Shown here: positions 58,127 through 64,000 of the stretch, piece after piece | Layout of the letters: every line of letters starts with the position of its first letter | Position numbering within the stretch: the stretch's first letter is position 1 | Translations under genes and position numbers: made by a program | NCBI GenBank assembly: GCA_041748855.1 | Contig: JBGTCK010000062.1 | Span: 7,672 to 71,671 of the forward strand | Direction: 5' to 3' | DNA from: Acidimicrobiia bacterium | Lineage (GTDB): Bacteria > Actinomycetota > Acidimicrobiia > Spongiisociales > ZC4RG35 | Length of the DNA: 64,000 nucleotides | Notes under the pieces: model-generated | Database searches by the model: none | What the model saw: only the letters and a program-made list of their open reading frames with translations | Told to the model about the DNA's origin: nothing

Positions 58127-59164
58127 CTAGAGGGTGGCGAGAGCCACGTTGGTGATGGTTCTCCCGTAGGCGTCTCGCAGCGCGCACTTGTGCTCCAGAG
58201 CCGTAACCACCGCATCGGCAAAATTGACCTCGGCGTAGTGGCCCGCGCTGCCCAACCCTCCAGGGCTGAAGACGTTGACTTCCATGAGCTTGTCTCCGAC
58301 GATGTCGAGGCCAACCAGGAACATGCCGTCCTTGATCAGCTTGGGTTTGACAATGCTCACCAGACGCAGCATCTCGTCGGTTACTTTGACAGCCACAGCC
58401 TCGCCCCCGGCGTGCATATTCGAGCGGACGTCGGAACTCTCATTGACTCGGCGGAACGCTGCGTATTTCCCGTCGTGCTCTAGAGGCTCTCCATTCATCA
58501 CAAACATCCGGACGTCGCCCTCTTCGGCGGCTTCTAGATATTCCTGAGCAACCACGTATCCGTCCCGGCTTATCGTCTCGATGATCTGGTTCACGTTTGC
58601 CTCGCCGTCGCCACCGACGAGGAACACACCCTGGCCCCCAGAGCCTTGGAGGGGCTTGAGCACGGCACGGTTGCCGGAGTCGGCGATGAAACCCTTGATA
58701 TGGTCGGCGTTGCGGGAGATGAGGGTCTTGGGTCGCACCTCCTCGGGAAAGTGCTGGAAATACGCTTTGTTGATCGCATCAGCGAGGTGGACCGGGTCAT
58801 TGACCACTATCACCCCGTTGGCGGCGGCGAGCTGGCCGAAAAGGACTCCTGAGGTCTGCGCCCAGGGCCGATCGATGGCGTCCCCCGCCGGATCGTTGCG
58901 GAGCATCAACACATCGAGGTCGTCGACGATGATTGGCTCCGACCCGCTCTGGATGTCACCCAGATAGGTCTCGAGCGACCGGTAGGTCTTGGCCTGGGGA
59001 GCAGATGCCATTGCCACCACCCGCCCTTCAGCGTCCTGTCCCAGGTCCCCGGCGCCCATCACCCATGTCTCGTGATCGTGGTTGGTCGCGGCCATGGCGA
59101 GCCGGGTTGTCGAGTACCCGGATTCTTCAGTTCTTACGTCGTTGACGACGAATCCAATTTTCAT
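58127..59164 (-). CDS. Glutathione synthetase-like ATP-grasp amide ligase
   Basis: LMLRNDP, NKAYF, KPLQGSGG, QEYL, GDVR, RSNMHAGG, GLDIVGDKLMEVNVFSP. Confidence 0.88.
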   Translation of the reverse strand: MKIGFVVNDVRTEESGYSTTRLAMAATNHDHETWVMGAGDLGQDAEGRVVAMASAPQAKTYRSLETYLGDIQSGSEPIIVDDLDVLMLRNDPAGDAIDRPWAQTSGVLFGQLAAANGVIVVNDPVHLADAINKAYFQHFPEEVRPKTLISRNADHIKGFIADSGNRAVLKPLQGSGGQGVFLVGGDGEANVNQIIETISRDGYVVAQEYLEAAEEGDVRMFVMNGEPLEHDGKYAAFRRVNESSDVRSNMHAGGEAVAVKVTDEMLRLVSIVKPKLIKDGMFLVGLDIVGDKLMEVNVFSPGGLGSAGHYAEVNFADAVVTALEHKCALRDAYGRTITNVALATL

Positions 59165-60318
59165 GCTGCAAGCTCTCCTAGCTCGAGAACATCCAAACCC
59201 TGTTGTATTCGCTTCATTCGCTTCCGCGCCTCCGGGTCGACCAGATACCGCGGCACCAGCGGCGGTGTTGTGAGTATCGACCGATCGAGAAGCTCCCGCA
59301 CCAGCGGCAATGCCTCGAATGAGACTTTCCCCACCAGAAGTGGCGTCATATCGAGTTCGTCCATCTTTTCGATCAGCCCGAGCAGTCGGATCAGCCCTCG
59401 CAGGTACATGGCGTCCTTGGTTATCCCGCCCGAGCGGTAGGCCCGCATCACGGTGGTGAAGGCAACCTTCTCCGAGCAGCCGAGTCCGGTCAGGTGGGTG
59501 AAGGCCTCCCGAAAGCTCGCAGTTTGCCCGCGTAGGTGGGCGGTGATCACCCGGTAGGCGAGGACACGTAGTCGCGAAGCGGGCAGACCACCGCCTGCCA
59601 GGTATTCGGCGAGAACCCCGAGCGCCTCCTGCAATTCGTCGTAGCGGGCAAGGCCAACGGACAGCATGTGCAGTGGCTGGGCGCGCCCGTTCTCGAAGGT
59701 GACAACGTGCGTCCCCACTTCGTGCTGGAGCAATGGGTAAACCTGGCTGCGGACCAAACGAATATCAGTTGCAATGAACAGATGGCCGGCTTGGACCATC
59801 ACGCCGGTGGTTGTCGAGCTCACATTCACGGTTGCAGAAAGCTCGGGGAACTGCTCCTGGTAGTAGTCGATCTCGGTGAGGGCCTCCGCAGCCAGCTCTG
59901 TGGCTCCGATCCACTCTCCGCGCGTCTTGGCTTCTGGCACCAGGCTCAGGATTCGATGTGCTGCGTCGAGGATCTCGTCTTCGACATGTCCGAACAACTC
60001 GACTGAAGTGAGAAAGAAGTCAGGGGAGTTTCTCCTCGAGAGCATTTCGACTTTCAACTTCAACTCACGGATCAGCCCCTCTGCCATATGAGCGATGGTG
60101 GGGTCGTTCGCGTCGTCTGAGCTCAACTGGTCCAGTGCATGTCCGATTTCTTCGAGGTCGGGAAGAGCCCGGTAGGAAAACTCCGGCTCCTTTCCGGAGA
60201 GAAAGGCGGCCCGGGCCTCGGGGACGTTGGTCGGGGTGACCAACCGGAGCAGGGCTAGCCGCCCGGAGAGGTCCGACAACTTGTGGTCGAGAGTGAGGTC
60301 CGCATCACACACTGACAT
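59161..60318 (-). CDS. QEGLA-motif / DUF1704 metallo-carboxypeptidase (MATCAP-like)
   Basis: HEVGTH (HExxxH), ELQEALGV, R.YRSGG.TKD..YLRG. Confidence 0.85.
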   Translation of the reverse strand: MSVCDADLTLDHKLSDLSGRLALLRLVTPTNVPEARAAFLSGKEPEFSYRALPDLEEIGHALDQLSSDDANDPTIAHMAEGLIRELKLKVEMLSRRNSPDFFLTSVELFGHVEDEILDAAHRILSLVPEAKTRGEWIGATELAAEALTEIDYYQEQFPELSATVNVSSTTTGVMVQAGHLFIATDIRLVRSQVYPLLQHEVGTHVVTFENGRAQPLHMLSVGLARYDELQEALGVLAEYLAGGGLPASRLRVLAYRVITAHLRGQTASFREAFTHLTGLGCSEKVAFTTVMRAYRSGGITKDAMYLRGLIRLLGLIEKMDELDMTPLLVGKVSFEALPLVRELLDRSILTTPPLVPRYLVDPEARKRMKRIQQGLDVLELGELAA

Positions 60319-61075
60319 TGGTGCGCCAGGCTGCGAGGACGGGATCGACAGAAGATTCGAGGAAGACGCCGAGTCTGTCGAACTCCGCCGGGAAGATTTC
60401 GTCGCTCCATTCGTCCATGAAGGACTTCTTGAATTCGATGGCCAGGGCAAACCCTACATCTCCGAACTTCTCGTGGACCCAGGCGGCAACCTGCCTCCCC
60501 TCGAACTTCACATTTTCACGTGCGTCGAGGCCGGCCGCCCGGGCAGCCTCGAGAAATATCTCGGCCACGGATTTCCACTTCGGAGGTAGGGAACCTGTGC
60601 CCAGATTCAAATCGGGGTTCTCCTCCTGGAGGGCGGGCGCGGCTGCCGCTCCGTCGCGACGATGGTTGTAGGAGTGGATGTCGTAGAGAATGAATCCACC
60701 GTGGCGGAGCACGAGGCTGTCGAGGAGCTCACCGAGAACCGAGTAGAAATGGTCGTACTGGGCGAGTGAATCGGCAACGATGTCGAGACCTGGTTCTGCG
60801 TTCCAGAGCTCGAGACCCCAGGCATCGTCGGGGCCCAGGTACACAGCGTCCTCGCGTGGCCGATTCAAGTCGACTTCGAAACGCGAGCGCTGCACCACGA
60901 TCGAATTCGGCAGCCGCGCCGCGAGAATGCCAGTGTAAGGGTCCTCCTCCCGGAGTCTTGTCGCCTCGTCGAGAACCATGTTCGCCTCCACTTCAGGTCG
61001 GAGCTCATGGCCATTGTGAACGGCGACACCGACGACGGGCATCTCCAGATTGGTATTGGGAGTGGCGAATGGCAC
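60305..61075 (-). CDS. N-formylglutamate amidohydrolase-family protein
   Basis: AVHNGH, REEDP, SRFEVDLNR, YDIHSYNHRR, IEFKK. Confidence 0.88.
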   Translation of the reverse strand: MPFATPNTNLEMPVVGVAVHNGHELRPEVEANMVLDEATRLREEDPYTGILAARLPNSIVVQRSRFEVDLNRPREDAVYLGPDDAWGLELWNAEPGLDIVADSLAQYDHFYSVLGELLDSLVLRHGGFILYDIHSYNHRRDGAAAAPALQEENPDLNLGTGSLPPKWKSVAEIFLEAARAAGLDARENVKFEGRQVAAWVHEKFGDVGFALAIEFKKSFMDEWSDEIFPAEFDRLGVFLESSVDPVLAAWRTNVSV

Positions 61076-61083
61076 CCGGTTAT

Positions 61084-61110
61084 TTGCCCCGGAGGCCGCT
61101 CCGATAAACG
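61084..61110 (-). promoter_or_regulatory. SigF/SigB-type promoter CGTTT-N16-GGGCAA
   Basis: 8 nt upstream of the FGase GTG; same spacing as 36239-36264. Confidence 0.55.
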
Positions 61111-61114
61111 GAGG

Positions 61115-62071
61115 TCATTTCCGGGGTGCGATCTCCAGCTCGCTTGTGATCGTACGTTGGGTGGTCTCGAAACCGAGGCCTGTGTAGAGCTTCAAGGCGT
61201 CGTTCGGGTTCGCGGTGTCGACTCCGAGAGCGGCATGGGTGAACCCGGATTCGATGAAGGCGTTGAACGAGGTCTTCATCAGAGCCGTCGCCACACCCTT
61301 TCGTCGCCACTCCCTGACCACGCCGAGGGTCTCGATCCAACCGTCGCGTCGTCCGAGTAACTCTTCGTCCTCGGGATAGTGGGCATTGAGGCTGAGCCCG
61401 ACAACCTCTCCTTCGAAGAGAGCGAGAAATGAGAGGTCGAGGGCGACTCCTTGTCCATCGAGGCGGTGCTGGTAGCTGGCCCTGTCGGTTGGCGAAGAGC
61501 CCCAGTGGTCGGCAAAGGACCGGTTGAGGACCTCCATTGCGGACGCATCTCGGGAGCGTTCGTAGGGGATGATCTCGATGCCGGGTGCGAGTTCGAGCGC
61601 CTCACGCCCGTCGAGGGGCTTGATCATCTCGGTGAAGTATCGGACCGGCTCCATCCCGAACCGCCGGTACATCCGGTGCGCCTCTTCGATCCAGTCCCAT
61701 TCGTCGGCGCGCATGAACCTGGGAATCGGTGCCGCCACGTTTTCGAGGATGCGTGTTGCCGTCTCCACTTGCCAGCCAAGCAGGTCCCGTCCAATCCCGC
61801 GCCCCCGGTAGTCGGGGTCGACGCGGCCCTGCAGATAGGCTCGCTCCAGGATTTCCCCGCTGGGTCGGTGCCAGATCCGCCCGTAAGCGACCATCCGGTC
61901 GCCGTCCCAAGCGGCGCGAGTGCGCGTATCGAGGTCCATGTGTGGCTCCGTTAGCTCCTCCTCCACCTCGTAGAGCGGGGTGACCAGAGGAACGTTCCAG
62001 AACGACTCCCAGCGTCGCGTCAGCTGGTGGACATCGCTAGCTTCATCGAGGCGGACAGGTCTCAACTCCAT
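61115..62071 (-). CDS. Tandem GNAT acetyltransferase (MshD-like architecture)
   Basis: VDPDYRGRGIG; LGV..EWRRKGVA; ALKLYTGLGF. Confidence 0.88.
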   Translation of the reverse strand: MELRPVRLDEASDVHQLTRRWESFWNVPLVTPLYEVEEELTEPHMDLDTRTRAAWDGDRMVAYGRIWHRPSGEILERAYLQGRVDPDYRGRGIGRDLLGWQVETATRILENVAAPIPRFMRADEWDWIEEAHRMYRRFGMEPVRYFTEMIKPLDGREALELAPGIEIIPYERSRDASAMEVLNRSFADHWGSSPTDRASYQHRLDGQGVALDLSFLALFEGEVVGLSLNAHYPEDEELLGRRDGWIETLGVVREWRRKGVATALMKTSFNAFIESGFTHAALGVDTANPNDALKLYTGLGFETTQRTITSELEIAPRK

Positions 62072-62113
62072 CGGCGAAACTCTAGGAACCGACGGTCCGG
62101 GTCAGGGGCGGAA

Positions 62114-62878
62114 TTATTCGAGGATCGCCTCGACGAGTTCTGGCAGGTGCTCGCCGATCGACCCGTCGATTCTGGCTGCTGCGAGATGGTCGGCTTCGGT
62201 CTCACCTTTGTTGATGATGACGATCGGTATCGGTAGGAAGGCCGCCCGGAGCACCACGTCGGAAGCGGGTGACACCGCAACAGTAGAACCGAGCACCAAC
62301 ATCGCATCAGACTGGCTGAGAAACAGGAACGCCCGGCTCATGGTCTCCGGCTCGAGCATCTCCCCGAACATGATCACGCTGGTTTTGATCACTCCGCCAC
62401 ACCTTTCGCATTGCGGGTCCTCATCACCAGCGTCGACCCGGATCAGAACTTCCTCGGTGGACCACGTCGCTCCACATTCGACGCAGTGACAGGACTTCAC
62501 ATTTCCGTGAAGCTCGGAAATGGCCTCATCGGGCAATCCCGCCGCCTGGTGGAGCCCATCGACGTTCTGGGTGACAACCCCCGACATTCGCCCCTCGTCC
62601 CAGAGCCGGACCACCGCATCGTGACCCCGATTGGGCACGACCCCGGACCGGGCCCCCCAGCGCTCGCCGTTGATATGCATCTGCCAACCCGTGATCCGGA
62701 GATCGGGGCGGGTCCGGTAGCGGGTGATGTGGAAGTCGTCGGGATCCACCTTGGTCCAGATGCCATCCGGGCCTCTGAAGTCAGGTATTCCCGATTCAGT
62801 GGAGATCCCAGCGCCGCTGAACACGAGGATCCTGCGCTTGTCGGCGAGGACCGCCTTTGCCTCCTCGAATTCACTCAC
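62114..62878 (-). CDS. cobB: Sir2-family NAD-dependent deacylase
   Basis: GAGISTESGIPDFRG, TQNVDGLH, HG, CxxC..CxxC. Confidence 0.93.
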   Translation of the reverse strand: MSEFEEAKAVLADKRRILVFSGAGISTESGIPDFRGPDGIWTKVDPDDFHITRYRTRPDLRITGWQMHINGERWGARSGVVPNRGHDAVVRLWDEGRMSGVVTQNVDGLHQAAGLPDEAISELHGNVKSCHCVECGATWSTEEVLIRVDAGDEDPQCERCGGVIKTSVIMFGEMLEPETMSRAFLFLSQSDAMLVLGSTVAVSPASDVVLRAAFLPIPIVIINKGETEADHLAAARIDGSIGEHLPELVEAILE

Positions 62879-62960
62879 ATCCGACTCCTCACAATGTTCA
62901 AGTTTCCCTTTTTTCCAGACGATAGAAGATCAGACGTTCGCACTATGTAGGAGATTTTTA

Positions 62961-64000
62961 ATGAAACGCCTGCGCCTCTCGGCCAAGCTGGCACTGGCAA
63001 TCATCCCGATCGGCCTCGTGGCACTGGTTGCCGCGGGCTTCATCGCCTTCACATTCCTGAGCGATTCTCGCGCGCAGAACGAGACAGCTCACGCCGCAAC
63101 CGTCGCGGCCGATGCCATCGACACCCTGAAGGCTGTGTGGGACGAAGAGGGAGAGGCACGTCGGGTCTACCTGTTCGATAGCGCCGATCGCGCCGACAAT
63201 CTCGCATCTGCGATCGAGCGGACCGACGCCGCCCTTCAGGATCTGAGGGAATCGACCGCAGACCTTGAGGAGAACACCAGCGGGTTCTTCAACGAAGTAG
63301 CCTTCACCGCTTCTGCCGACGTCCGTCGGGTATCTGACACCCTGAACGCCATGCGCTCGATCAATTCCCCGGACGCCACTGAGATTCGGGGTTACCACGA
63401 CGTCGCCAGCGCCATCCTCGCCGTCTTGCCCAAGACTTCGTCGATCGTCTCCGACCGCATTCAGGCACGAGAGCTATCAACCGCCTACTACCTGGCCGAA
63501 GGTGGTCAGGTGTCACTGATCCAGGAGCAGCTGATCGAGGAGTTCCGGGCTTTGGCCGCCGCCGACCCCGAGTTCGACAACCTGAGCACCCGGGGAAGCT
63601 TGCAGTCGACGCTGGAGGTTCTGGAAGGTGAGTTCGGCGCCTGGGCTCTGCGAGCCAATCAGACCGCCAACCAGATGAGTGCGGCGATTCTGCGTTACAC
63701 CCGACTCCCCGATGTAGACCTGAACACCTTCCCCCTCCGCCGTAACGAGGACATCATGAATACGTCGGAGTCAATGGCTCAGGCAGTGGCTGACGACTCG
63801 CAGGTGAGTGCGGCCGACTCCCAGCGAGAGGCCTACCTGGTTGCCGGAGTGGCCGCAGCGATCCTCCTCATCGCACTGTTCGGTTCATATGCAGTCATTC
63901 GTTCGGTAGTGCGCAGGGTCCGGGGGGTCACCGACGCCGCCGTCCGCGTCTCCGAAGAGGACCTTCCCGCTCTGGTCGATGCTCTGCAAAACCCCAACGA
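62961..64000 (+). CDS. Membrane sensor (two TMs, NIT-like extracellular domain, HAMP), conservon CvnA-like; runs off the window end
   Basis: Partly hand-translated: MKRLRLSAKLALAIIP...AYLVAGVAAAILLIALFGSYAVIRSVVRRVRGVTDAAVRVSEEDLPALVDAL; AGGAG RBS; absent from the ORF track, consistent with an open 3' end. Confidence 0.75.
   Translation, partial: MKRLRLSAKLALAIIPIGLVALVAAGFIAFTFLSDSRAQNETAHAATVAADAIDTLKAVWDEEGEARRVYLFDSADRADNLASAIERTDAALQDLRESTADLEENTSGFFNEVAFTASADVRRVSDTLNAMRSINSPDATEIRGYHDVASAILAVLPKTSSIVSDRIQARELSTAYYLAEGGQVSLIQEQLIEEFRALAAADPEFDNLSTRGSLQSTLEVLEGEFGAWALRANQTANQMSAAILRYTRLPDVDLNTFPLRRNEDIMNTSESMAQAVADDSQVSAADSQREAYLVAGVAAAILLIALFGSYAVIRSVVRRVRGVTDAAVRVSEEDLPALVDALQNPN

Noticed and set aside
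58127-59164. Calling this gene gshB
   Set aside because: No gshA in the window and the operon context points to a different ligase function, so the symbol is withheld.

Overview
High-GC actinobacterial chromosomal window, inferred to be Acidimicrobiia-like from gene content and many near-leaderless promoters. It is densely coding, and I found no CRISPR array, rRNA, intact transposase or integrase. From left to right it holds a purine-catabolism cluster (1-7.5 kb), a Ni/Co ECF transporter with a Fur-family regulator and a Nur-type operator, an orphan Flp-pilin fusion, glpD, a CorC/HlyC (CNNM) gene pair, an ECF sigma/anti-sigma unit, a cysteine synthase-TusA-DsrE operon and two ABC exporters. 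A possibly decayed island (27.1-38.6 kb) ends at tRNA-Phe/tRNA-Asp. After it come a ferredoxin-ApbE-cytochrome b operon, a TPP riboswitch with thiBPQ, fatty-acid genes, an FGase-QEGLA(MATCAP-like)-ATP-grasp operon, a sirtuin, and a conservon-type sensor cut by the window end. The strongest signals lie outside the ORF track. (1) A 44-codon MgtL-like leader (MEPD..DEPP) has its TAA stop overlapping an apparent AUA start of the CorC/HlyC operon, a candidate ribosome-based Mg2+ switch. (2) A 19-aa poly-Cys leader with terminator/antiterminator precedes the cysteine synthase-TusA-DsrE operon. (3) Several operator and promoter families recur across loci: TetR CTTAC-N3-GTA boxes, ECF GAACC-N16-CGT, sigma28-like, SigF-like, and 11-bp-period TTGA boxes. 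All family calls come from motif recognition by eye; no database searches were run.
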